Virus record (IMG/VR): IMGVR_UViG_3300022695_000008
Coordinates: 1 to 37,046 of that record
Strand: one strand, 5' to 3'
From: a virus
Lineage: Duplodnaviria; Caudoviricetes
Length of the DNA: 37,046 nucleotides
The position numbers and the translations under genes are program-made. Shown piece after piece: positions 1-7,700 of this stretch (its first letter is position 1; every line of letters starts with the position of its first letter). Under the pieces are notes generated by a model. It saw only the letters and a list, made by a program, of their open reading frames with translations, was not told the origin of the DNA and ran no database searches.

Positions 1-85
1 CGGCAAAACAGAACGGATACCCAACGGCCCAAAACATCCACTTTCTGGCCCACTTTTTTGCCCTATACCTATGTGTATCAGTCAT
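1..85 (-). CDS. hypothetical protein, partial (runs off left edge)
   Basis: ATG at 85-83 overlaps the end of the 78..269 ORF; frame MTDTHRYRAKKWARKWMFWAVGYPFCFA stays open to the edge. Confidence 0.4.
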   Translation of the reverse strand, partial: MTDTHRYRAKKWARKWMFWAVGYPFCFA

Positions 86-269
86 CTTGCATGTCCTTCC
101 ATTTTTGTAGTGCCGCTTCGGTTGCCTCCAAAGCACCCACCATTTCCTCAGCCAGTGCCAGTTTGGCTTTGAGTTGGTTGATTTGATTTACCAGCCCAAG
201 GGTTTCTGCCACCCCTTCAAAGTCTGTTCGAGTGGCACCCTGTTCTTCTAATTGTTTCTGTGTGGTCAT
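78..269 (-). CDS. hypothetical small coiled-coil protein
   Basis: 63-aa ORF with ATGA overlap to the upstream gene and a GGAG RBS upstream. Confidence 0.65.
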   Translation of the reverse strand: MTTQKQLEEQGATRTDFEGVAETLGLVNQINQLKAKLALAEEMVGALEATEAALQKWKDMQDD

Positions 270-550
270 CCCATCTCCTCCACAGCTTTAATCGCGGTAC
301 GTAGGCGGTATAGGCACTCGCGATAAGAGTCGTAGGAACACTGGTAATTCAATAACTTGCGTGCCGCATCCACCAATTCCTTCACCGGATCAACCGGCTC
401 TAGGGCGTAGGCTATGGCGTTGGACCATGGGGATGGGGCGGATAGGTCGGTCAAGACGCCCTTACCACATTCGCGCAGACGCCACCCCATTGCGCCATCA
501 GGCAGGTCAGGCTTAACACCGTTACAGGCTATCCATGTTAGTTTACTCAT
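266..550 (-). CDS. hypothetical phage protein
   Basis: Start reassigned to ATG at 550 (MSKLTWIACNG...), overlapping the end of 543..863; the longer 748 start would overlap another gene extensively. Confidence 0.65.
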   Translation of the reverse strand: MSKLTWIACNGVKPDLPDGAMGWRLRECGKGVLTDLSAPSPWSNAIAYALEPVDPVKELVDAARKLLNYQCSYDSYRECLYRLRTAIKAVEEMG

Positions 551-863
551 CGTCCAGTACCTCCCGAACCTTAATAACGGGGCCTTTGGACATGCCATTG
601 CAACATTCTCTATCAACGTATAGGCCCGATGCTGGGTTCCCGTTTTTAAACGCCTCGACGTACCACTCCCTCGGCTTGCGCTTCTGTTTGCCGATGGTGT
701 GGAAGAGTTCATGTGTCCCATCCGCATTGCGAACGTGCAGATTTCCACATTCCTCCACTGCTAATACAGGGAAGTCTCCGGCTCGGTCTGTCATTACGAT
801 CCTTACCGGAACACCATTTACCTCGTACTCGTCGAAGCCTTCTGTGATGTGAATGTCAGTCAT
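543..863 (-). CDS. hypothetical phage protein
   Basis: 106-aa ORF with an AAGGAG RBS about 8 nt upstream. Confidence 0.7.
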   Translation of the reverse strand: MTDIHITEGFDEYEVNGVPVRIVMTDRAGDFPVLAVEECGNLHVRNADGTHELFHTIGKQKRKPREWYVEAFKNGNPASGLYVDRECCNGMSKGPVIKVREVLDDE

Positions 864-890
864 CTCATGTTCTCCTTTTTTGTTCCTACG

Positions 891-1313
891 TCATAACTCA
901 TATGACATGCTGTTAAGTTTGTCAAACAGTGTTAATGCCTCAATAGCGGCAACCGCACCAAGGGCTATGCACACAAACGCCCCCGCCTCCATGGACGCAA
1001 TCAGGTAATCCTCTTGGCCATCCTGCCATCGGCTTTTGGTGTGGTCCTGCCGCTTCATCTCGCAAACAAACGTAGGCGCCGCTGGGATAATCAAATCAGC
1101 CGCTCCTTTGGTTAGCCCCTGCGCCTTGGCAAACATAGCCTGCCCCGGTCGCCGCTTGCCTTCGTTCTGGACGTGAATTAGCAACTTGCCCCATGTTTCT
1201 GGATATTCTCGCCGGACCTTCCCCACAACTGCCGCCTGTTCGCTTGCCTCAGTCGGGCATGGCCCCCGAAATGATTTATCGCCAAATACCTTGATTTTCG
1301 GATTGAATTTCAT
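891..1313 (-). CDS. VRR-NUC domain (PD-(D/E)xK) nuclease
   Basis: E..EQ, HVQNEGKR, GLTKGAADL, CEMK and WQDGQ motifs typical of phage VRR-NUC. Confidence 0.85.
   Translation of the reverse strand: MKFNPKIKVFGDKSFRGPCPTEASEQAAVVGKVRREYPETWGKLLIHVQNEGKRRPGQAMFAKAQGLTKGAADLIIPAAPTFVCEMKRQDHTKSRWQDGQEDYLIASMEAGAFVCIALGAVAAIEALTLFDKLNSMSYEL
897..925 (-). promoter_or_regulatory. putative sigma70 promoter for the leftward small-gene cluster
   Basis: Minus strand reads TTGACA (925-920), 17-nt spacer, TATGAG (902-897), just upstream of the RBS of 543..863. Confidence 0.45.
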
Positions 1314-1465
1314 TTTGTGGCCTCTTTGTATTCTGCAAGGACTTGGTCACGGTCACCTATTCTATGCGATATATACCTAGTAACAGGACCATACTTTAGA
1401 GCCGAGACCTCTCTGTCGCCTTTCATTAATTGCTTATGTATCCAAAGGATTAACTCGCTATTCAT
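1310..1465 (-). CDS. small hypothetical protein (51 aa), absent from the ORF track
   Basis: MNSELILWIHKQLMKGD...EATK; ATGA overlaps at both ends (helicase stop and nuclease start). Confidence 0.65.
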   Translation of the reverse strand: MNSELILWIHKQLMKGDREVSALKYGPVTRYISHRIGDRDQVLAEYKEATK

Positions 1466-3231
1466 CCCGCTAACTCCAGTTGCTCGGCTGGCTCGTTGTA
1501 AGCCAGCACCTTGTAAAACCCGTTCTGATCTTTTTTGTACGTCACCGTGTCCGGTGCAATTAACCTGTTTTCAGTCACCTCGTTAAACCGCGCCAACGCC
1601 GCCTCAGCTTGGGAAAAATTAGGATCTTTCAACAGCCATATGCAAAACGATCTGTACGGCGTGACAAACTCCACCCGCCAAGTTTCGTTGCCTTTTTGGC
1701 TAACGCTGCTTGTTACAGTCATGCCCACCACCTCATCGACCTGCCGCTCGCTGGGCCGTTTTTTGTGCTTGGCAAAATCTAGCGCCAGTTTCTTGTTTGG
1801 GTCAATAATCTCGCCCTTACACTTCCAGCACCGCCTAGCCGTTATGTCATTGTCAATGCCACAGTGCGGACATTCCTTGCTTGTCCAGCGATGCTCACAC
1901 CGCACAAAATGCGGACCTTGTTTGACGTAACCTCCGCATGACCGCATGAAATGCGCAGGGATTGGCCCCTCGTCTGTTTCGACACGTTGCCCCAATGCGT
2001 CTAAAAAATACCCCTCTTTCGACACGTCGTATTGATCAGGGTTAGGGCGAGCCGCCACCTCTTGTTCGGTCTGGCACAATGGACAAGTTACATCTATGTT
2101 ACCATCTCCCCCGCTCTTTTCATGGGGCTGGACAATCTCTGGGTTAAACAAATCACCGTCTGGGGAATGCTCCTCAATATTACCAGCGTAGTCTAAAACA
2201 AGGAAATCGCGTTTTCCTTTACTAAGCCGTGTTCCCCGCCCAAGGATTTGTTGCAGCAGCACGGGGCTTTCAGTACGGCGCAACAGCGCAATCACGTCAC
2301 AATGTGGCGCGTCAAAGCCAGTGGTTAGCACCGCCACGTTCACAAGGTACTTTAGACCACCGTCTAAAAACCGTGCTAATATGGATTGTCGTTCCAACTT
2401 TGCAGTCTTGCCGGTAATGATTGCCGATCTTTCAGGCGGCAGGCTGGCAAGTATTTCCTCAGCGTGTTCAATTGTTGCGCCGAACAGCATAACCCCTTTA
2501 CGGTCGCGGCTCTTTTCCACCACGTCTGCGACGATTTGGCTGGTTAGCCTGCCATGGCCCACAAACGCCCGATCAACGCTTGCCGATGTGAATTTGCCTG
2601 TTGATGCCAATTCTAACCCGCTTGTATCGTACTGTGATACAGATTGACCAATGGCGGGCGGGCATAAATACCCCTCGTCAATCAGGTCGTTTTCCGGTTT
2701 TTTGTAAACCAGCGCTTTAAAGTATGCCCCCGGCGTTCCGTTTATCTCGTATATGTAACCCGCTTTGTTCCTAAAAGGCGTGGCGGTCATGCCGATTACG
2801 CGCAGGTTCGGGTTCTCGGCCCGCATGGTTTCGACAATTTTGCACATGGTTGGGGTCACCGCCTGATGTGCTTCATCAATTATCACCGCGCCAAACTCAT
2901 GCCCGAACCGCCGCAAACTCCCCTTGACCGACATAGGCGTGGCAAACACAACAGGGTGCCGCGTTGATTTGCTACCGACGCTTGCCGAAAACAGCGAATA
3001 GGGCTGGCCGGTCATTTTATACTTGGCGGCGTTTTGCTCAAGCAGTTCTTTGGTCGGTTGCAGGCACAGCGTTTTTTTGTCAGAAATACGCCGTATAGTT
3101 TCGGACAACATTGCCACGATAAACGACTTACCGCCCCCACACCCCACCTGCAAAACGCACGGGTCCAGACAGGTCTTAATCCAGTCTATAGCCGCATCGT
3201 GGGCGTCCTGTTGATACTTGCGGGGGGTCAT
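1462..3231 (-). CDS. superfamily 2 DNA helicase, RadD/YejH-like, with C-terminal Zn ribbons
   Basis: Q motif PRKYQ, Walker A GCGGGKS, DEAH, TATP, LTTGFD, QILGRGTR; CxxC pairs CPLC, CPHC, CWKC. Confidence 0.93.
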   Translation of the reverse strand: MTPRKYQQDAHDAAIDWIKTCLDPCVLQVGCGGGKSFIVAMLSETIRRISDKKTLCLQPTKELLEQNAAKYKMTGQPYSLFSASVGSKSTRHPVVFATPMSVKGSLRRFGHEFGAVIIDEAHQAVTPTMCKIVETMRAENPNLRVIGMTATPFRNKAGYIYEINGTPGAYFKALVYKKPENDLIDEGYLCPPAIGQSVSQYDTSGLELASTGKFTSASVDRAFVGHGRLTSQIVADVVEKSRDRKGVMLFGATIEHAEEILASLPPERSAIITGKTAKLERQSILARFLDGGLKYLVNVAVLTTGFDAPHCDVIALLRRTESPVLLQQILGRGTRLSKGKRDFLVLDYAGNIEEHSPDGDLFNPEIVQPHEKSGGDGNIDVTCPLCQTEQEVAARPNPDQYDVSKEGYFLDALGQRVETDEGPIPAHFMRSCGGYVKQGPHFVRCEHRWTSKECPHCGIDNDITARRCWKCKGEIIDPNKKLALDFAKHKKRPSERQVDEVVGMTVTSSVSQKGNETWRVEFVTPYRSFCIWLLKDPNFSQAEAALARFNEVTENRLIAPDTVTYKKDQNGFYKVLAYNEPAEQLELAG

Positions 3232-3998
3232 AAATCGAACCCCTCTTGGGTTGGTGCGGGCTTAGGCGGCTCTACAAACAGGTCAGGCTGGTTATACGCT
3301 TCCTGCACACGCTTACAGGCTATTTCAAAATAATCAGGGTCAAGTTCAATCCCGATACCTTTGCGGCCTAGCTTAGCACACGCGACCAACGTAGTGCCGC
3401 TGCCCATGAATGGGTCTAGGATTGTTTGGGCAGCGTTTGAAAATAGCATGATAAGCTCAATCATCAATGGCACCGGCTTTTGTGTCTCGTGTAAATGCTT
3501 TCCGCCGGGGGTGTTCTTATTATGTTTGAAAGTTCCAACGCGACCGCCCCCGTTCCACTTGCTATGCCCGGTGCCGCACCACGCGGCGGCTATAGCTTCA
3601 AACCCCGCCGCTGGTCCCTGACCGTTAAATTGCGGCATGGCATCCGGCTTTACCCAAATCATGCAACGCTTGTATTTGGACCCCGCAGATTCGATACTGT
3701 CCCTCCATGCCCCCACGCCTTCAGCCATGCAAAAGAACAGCGCCCATCCGTTTGACAGTTCGCAAGCCAGTTGGGCAACGGCGTCCCGCCGCCCCTCAAT
3801 GGAACTAAACGAAAATGCTTCAGCTATAACCCCTCTGTTACGGCCTGTTATTTTCCGAGTTTTCCTATGGGCTTCCTTTTCATAAGACGGATCTGTCACA
3901 ACGGCATCCACATTGTCTAGGAGCGGCATGACCTCCAAGCAATCACCAAGGATCAGGCGGCAGTCGCCTATTTGCACCTCTTTCTTGATTGGCATCAC
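3228..3998 (-). CDS. DNA amino-methyltransferase (N6-A/N4-C, beta class)
   Basis: GDCLEVM, motif IV as TDPSY, HETQKP, motif I DPFMGSGTT, GIELD. Confidence 0.9.
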   Translation of the reverse strand: MMPIKKEVQIGDCRLILGDCLEVMPLLDNVDAVVTDPSYEKEAHRKTRKITGRNRGVIAEAFSFSSIEGRRDAVAQLACELSNGWALFFCMAEGVGAWRDSIESAGSKYKRCMIWVKPDAMPQFNGQGPAAGFEAIAAAWCGTGHSKWNGGGRVGTFKHNKNTPGGKHLHETQKPVPLMIELIMLFSNAAQTILDPFMGSGTTLVACAKLGRKGIGIELDPDYFEIACKRVQEAYNQPDLFVEPPKPAPTQEGFDL

Positions 3999-4843
3999 GT
4001 CACCTTCCAGAATTCGCTGGACTTGCCGGTGTAGGTGGACAGGTCGGCGTCGGGTGCCAAATCGTCAATCGCTTTTTTATACGACACGCTCCCTTTGCGT
4101 TTTACCAACTGGATATTATGCCCGCCAATCTCGCAGTCACGCCCCTTGGCCCGCTTAACCATCTTGTCAAGCAACTCGGCCTGTTGCGCCTTGGCGTTGC
4201 TGATGGCGTCGTTTAGGTCAAGGTACTCCATCATCCACTTGGTGGCGCGGTGGTCTTCAATTACGTCGCGCAATGGCCGCACGTAATCTTCCGGCTTGTC
4301 ACGCTCAATGATGTAATCCGTCCAAAACCGCATGCACTTGTCCAGCATATCCAGAATGAAATCCTCGTCGCGCTCAACCAGTTCCACCTTGTCACCCTCC
4401 GGCGACCATTGCCAAAACCAGCAACCATCCCGTTTGCAGCACCACATTTGAAATTGCATTTGCGCGTAATAATGCTTTTGATCCTGCGCTGTTTTTGTCG
4501 GCACACCGCCCTTGCGCAGGCTGTACGGGCATTTTACCTCCAACAAGTTGCCGTCGCTGCAAAGCCCGTCAGGCGTGGCACCGTATACCTTGCCGACTTC
4601 CTCGAACCCAATATCCTCAACGTCCATCATGGTTTGCAGTTTGAATTCCTCGATAGCCCCCGCCTCGCTAAACGTACCCCAACGGGTAGCCACGTTGCCT
4701 GTGAATTCCGGTTCCGCGCCGTGATAATCTCTTACCATTTGGCGCATGACGTCCGCGCGGGTTCTAAAAGGGTCAAAACCCATAATTGCGCCAACACTGC
4801 TTGCCGTGATCCTACCTTTACGTTTTGGTGATAAAGGTGTCAT
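3995..4843 (-). CDS. YqaJ/lambda-exonuclease family protein
   Basis: ITASS, WG..SE, ATPDG, LEVKCP and YYAQMQFQM motifs. Confidence 0.92.
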   Translation of the reverse strand: MTPLSPKRKGRITASSVGAIMGFDPFRTRADVMRQMVRDYHGAEPEFTGNVATRWGTFSEAGAIEEFKLQTMMDVEDIGFEEVGKVYGATPDGLCSDGNLLEVKCPYSLRKGGVPTKTAQDQKHYYAQMQFQMWCCKRDGCWFWQWSPEGDKVELVERDEDFILDMLDKCMRFWTDYIIERDKPEDYVRPLRDVIEDHRATKWMMEYLDLNDAISNAKAQQAELLDKMVKRAKGRDCEIGGHNIQLVKRKGSVSYKKAIDDLAPDADLSTYTGKSSEFWKVT

Positions 4844-4870
4844 TTTGTATTCTCCTCTTTGCCGTGTTAT

Positions 4871-4934
4871 AAAAAAGTCCCGCGCCGCCCTCTGAATTCT
4901 CAGGGTAATCGGTCAGCACACCTTGCGGCGCGGG
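4871..4934 (-). terminator. GC-rich stem with U-tract (terminator or attenuator) after the SSB gene
   Basis: CCCGCGCCGC (4879-4888) and GCGGCGCGGG (4925-4934) form a perfect inverted repeat followed on the minus strand by ACTTTTTT; the 36-nt loop is unusually long. Confidence 0.5.
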
Positions 4935-4942
4935 TAGTTAGA

Positions 4943-5497
4943 TCAAAACGGTATATCGTCAAGATCAACGGACTGCGCCGCCGGTGCCTTAGCCGCTGGC
5001 TTGCTAACAGTGCCAGCCCCCGCCGCCGCGACCTTGTTGACCCAGTTGCCGGACATATCAGAGCCGTCTTCAGCCTTCATTTTCCACACCTGCAAACTTA
5101 CCAACATTGGTTTGTTCAGGAGGTTCATGGACAGGTCTTCATCGGTCGGCACACCGCCTTTAGACAGCAACCCGCCTCCGCTGTTAGTATCAATGGCAAC
5201 CAGCATCCGCTTGGCATTGTCGCGCTTTTTGGCGGGGTCTTTAGCCCGCGGGTCGTCATCATCAACCCACATCTTTTGAAAGACTTTCCGATTGCCGTAT
5301 TCCTCCGGCTTAAGCACCGTCCAGCGAAGTGACAAATAACGTGCATCGCTGTCTTTAGCAAAAGCCCATTTCGCCTCATCAATCGCCGCCAGAACAGTTG
5401 TGCCGTTCGGGATCGGCTCAAGATTACCGCCCTCTTGTTCATACTCCGCTTGGGCCGTCATGCTTTGCCCGTCGCTCGTGTTCCAAAAGCCGCTCAT
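4943..5497 (-). CDS. single-stranded DNA-binding protein (DUF669-like)
   Basis: Acidic C-terminal tail DLDDIPF, YLSLRW..L..EY.NRKVF motif, located next to Sak4 and exonuclease. Confidence 0.8.
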   Translation of the reverse strand: MSGFWNTSDGQSMTAQAEYEQEGGNLEPIPNGTTVLAAIDEAKWAFAKDSDARYLSLRWTVLKPEEYGNRKVFQKMWVDDDDPRAKDPAKKRDNAKRMLVAIDTNSGGGLLSKGGVPTDEDLSMNLLNKPMLVSLQVWKMKAEDGSDMSGNWVNKVAAAGAGTVSKPAAKAPAAQSVDLDDIPF

Positions 5498-6258
5498 TTT
5501 TTATACTCCAGATATTGTGCAAGTGGGTTTTCGCCCGCCGCGAATGGCAGGTCAGCGTCAATGCCGAGCCTGTTTTTGCTGATGTTGCTGGCCGTGGGAT
5601 AGCAGACCAAAGCCCGCGCGCCCGTGGTCAATGCAATTTTGCGGTCATCATTTTCCGCTGACTTCAAGAATTGCTCCAGCTTGATAAAGCCGACCAGATC
5701 CACATCATCAACATATGGCGGCAACGACTGCTTTTGATTGAGCCGCAAAGAATACCGCGTGTAGGCATCACTGTCTGGCGGCTCCATCCGGTCAACTTCA
5801 GCATGGCCGATAAACACAACATTCATGCCTTTACGATCACGCAGCGCACCCGCATATTTACGCAATCGGCGGTGCATACCACCAACAGCGTCGAACCCTG
5901 CGCCATAGCCGCCAAGAGCCTGCCTGATGCTTGGTGGGCCTTTGGGGTCGTCTTTCACCACCTGCTCGATAAACAGGCTTTCCAGTTTGCTGATGCTGTC
6001 CACAACCAACGTTTTGTACTGGTGATCCTCTTTTAACAGTGCGACCAGTTGGGGCCAAATATCAGCCGAAGTACCCAACACCGGAAATGCATCCGGTCGT
6101 TTGTCTTTGGCGACAGACATAAGGCCGTCTTCCGCTCTGATAAAGATTGGCTTGGGGAAAGTGGCCGCTAAACTGGTTTTGCCTAGACCGGCCTCACCAA
6201 ATATTGTGGCAATTACGGGGCTATTTTCAGGCACCCCCACCTGTTCTAACACGCTCAT
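5494..6258 (-). CDS. Sak4-like AAA ATPase / ssDNA-annealing recombinase (AAA_24)
   Basis: Walker A GEAGLGKT, Walker B LVVDS, GYGAG, FIGH, SKNR. Confidence 0.88.
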   Translation of the reverse strand: MSVLEQVGVPENSPVIATIFGEAGLGKTSLAATFPKPIFIRAEDGLMSVAKDKRPDAFPVLGTSADIWPQLVALLKEDHQYKTLVVDSISKLESLFIEQVVKDDPKGPPSIRQALGGYGAGFDAVGGMHRRLRKYAGALRDRKGMNVVFIGHAEVDRMEPPDSDAYTRYSLRLNQKQSLPPYVDDVDLVGFIKLEQFLKSAENDDRKIALTTGARALVCYPTASNISKNRLGIDADLPFAAGENPLAQYLEYKK

Positions 6259-6346
6259 TCGAGCCTCCTTTTCTTCTATCTACCCTTGCCTTTTACGCTA
6301 AATATGTTTTATAAGTCAAGCACAATAATCAACAAAGGGCAAAAAA
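6259..6346. promoter_or_regulatory. AT-rich divergent promoter region
   Basis: Intergenic gap between divergent operons; TTGCCT..TATAAG on plus and CTTGAC on minus, with imperfect spacing. Confidence 0.5.
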
Positions 6347-6517
6347 ATGTTAACACTAGAGCAGATAAAAGAGGCATTAGCGGACCGAAAGTTAGCGTCC
6401 GTCGCCAAAGCTACAGGGCTGTCTCGTGTCACCGTGTGGGGCATCCTAACAGGCAAACAAGACAACCCCCGCCTGTCAACCATGCTTGCGCTATCGGCGT
6501 ATCTGGCGGGTGAATGA
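6347..6517 (+). CDS. Cro-like XRE helix-turn-helix protein (56 aa), absent from the ORF track
   Basis: MLTLEQIKEALADRKLASVAKATGLSRVTVWGILTGKQDNPRLSTMLALSAYLAGE; HTH pattern VAKATGLSRVTV; ATGA overlap with next gene. Confidence 0.85.
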   Translation: MLTLEQIKEALADRKLASVAKATGLSRVTVWGILTGKQDNPRLSTMLALSAYLAGE

Positions 6518-7359
6518 TGGACTACAGCATATCACGGCCAGTTGATAACCCTGCCTTGCGGGTGGTGTCATTTGGGGCGGGGGTGCAATCAACTGTTATG
6601 CTTCTGATGGCGGTTCGTCACGAAATAGGACCAATGCCCGACGCGGTGATTTTTGCCGATACAGGCTGGGAGCCTAACGCAGTTTACATGCATCTTGAAT
6701 GGTGCAAAGGCGAGCTTACACGCCTAACAAACGGGGCCGTGAAGCTGCATGTTGTATCGGCTGGTAATATCCGGGAAGACCATCTCGCAGGGCTAAACAC
6801 AACGGGGCAGCGGTTTGCATCAATGCCACTATACACAGCGGGCGGCGAAGGTATGGGGCGTCGCCAATGCTCGCAAGAATATAAAATCGCGCCGGTGCGC
6901 AAAAAGGTTCGCGCATTATTAGGCGTCACAAAAGGCAAGCGCGTCCCTAAAGGGGTGATTGTTGAACAATGGATCGGCATATCGACAGATGAATTGCAGC
7001 GGCTTAAAGACAGCCGTGATAAATGGTGCCAGCACCGGTGGCCATTGATTGAGGCCCGCATGTCAAGGGCGGATTGTTATGCTTGGTTTGCGAAGCATTA
7101 CCCCGGACAGCCGCTTGCTAAATCCGCTTGTTTAGGTTGCCCGTTCCAAGACAACGCCCGCTGGCGTAACCTAAAAAGAACCGACCTAAAGGGCTGGGCC
7201 GACGCGGTTGGTTTCGACGACAAAATCAGATACTGTGGTAAGTCTGACGAACAGCAGTTTGTTCATAGATCCGGCACACCACTTGCCACGGCTGACCTAG
7301 ACGACGACAAAACAATGGACCTTTTTCAAGGCGAATGTGAAGGAGTTTGCGGAGTATGA
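6514..7359 (+). CDS. PAPS-reductase-like (adenine nucleotide alpha-hydrolase fold) Cys-rich protein
   Basis: PP-loop variant SFGAGVQS, IFADTGWE, RRQC..EYKI.P, WIGISTDE, KSACLGCPF, C-terminal ECEGVCGV. Confidence 0.85.
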   Translation: MMDYSISRPVDNPALRVVSFGAGVQSTVMLLMAVRHEIGPMPDAVIFADTGWEPNAVYMHLEWCKGELTRLTNGAVKLHVVSAGNIREDHLAGLNTTGQRFASMPLYTAGGEGMGRRQCSQEYKIAPVRKKVRALLGVTKGKRVPKGVIVEQWIGISTDELQRLKDSRDKWCQHRWPLIEARMSRADCYAWFAKHYPGQPLAKSACLGCPFQDNARWRNLKRTDLKGWADAVGFDDKIRYCGKSDEQQFVHRSGTPLATADLDDDKTMDLFQGECEGVCGV

Positions 7360-7700
7360 AGATATATGTAGCATCACATTGTCGGTGGGCGGCACAACAT
7401 TGGGCGGATAATTTGACATCAAACGGACACGTCATAACATCACATTGGCACAGTAAGCCATTTCTTAAGACCGCGGCCCATACCTACAAAGAACGCGTGG
7501 CTATCGCGCAAGAGGATATTGACGATATTATGACTGCCGACGCCTTGGTTTTAGTCTCTGGCCCGGACAAATATTCTGGCGGCAAGTTTGTTGAAACAGG
7601 CATTGCTATCGGCCTTGGCTATCAAGTCTATGTAATAGGAAGACGTGAAAACATGCTAATGTATGCTGCTAATGTACATGACATTGAGGAATTGAAATGA
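7356..7700 (+). CDS. nucleoside 2-deoxyribosyltransferase-like (N-glycosidase) protein
   Basis: KIYVAS, EDIDDI..ADALVL and GGKFVETGIAIGLG..VYVIG match the NDT/MilB/RCL pattern; ATGA overlaps on both sides. Confidence 0.75.
   Translation: MKIYVASHCRWAAQHWADNLTSNGHVITSHWHSKPFLKTAAHTYKERVAIAQEDIDDIMTADALVLVSGPDKYSGGKFVETGIAIGLGYQVYVIGRRENMLMYAANVHDIEELK

Noticed and set aside
6286-6513. 75-aa ORF from the track
   Set aside because: The overlapping frame 6347..6517 gives a clear HTH protein with a coupled stop/start.
6514-7359. cysH auxiliary metabolic gene for sulfate assimilation
   Set aside because: It lacks the canonical ECGLH terminus, has a variant PP-loop, and no other cys genes are present.
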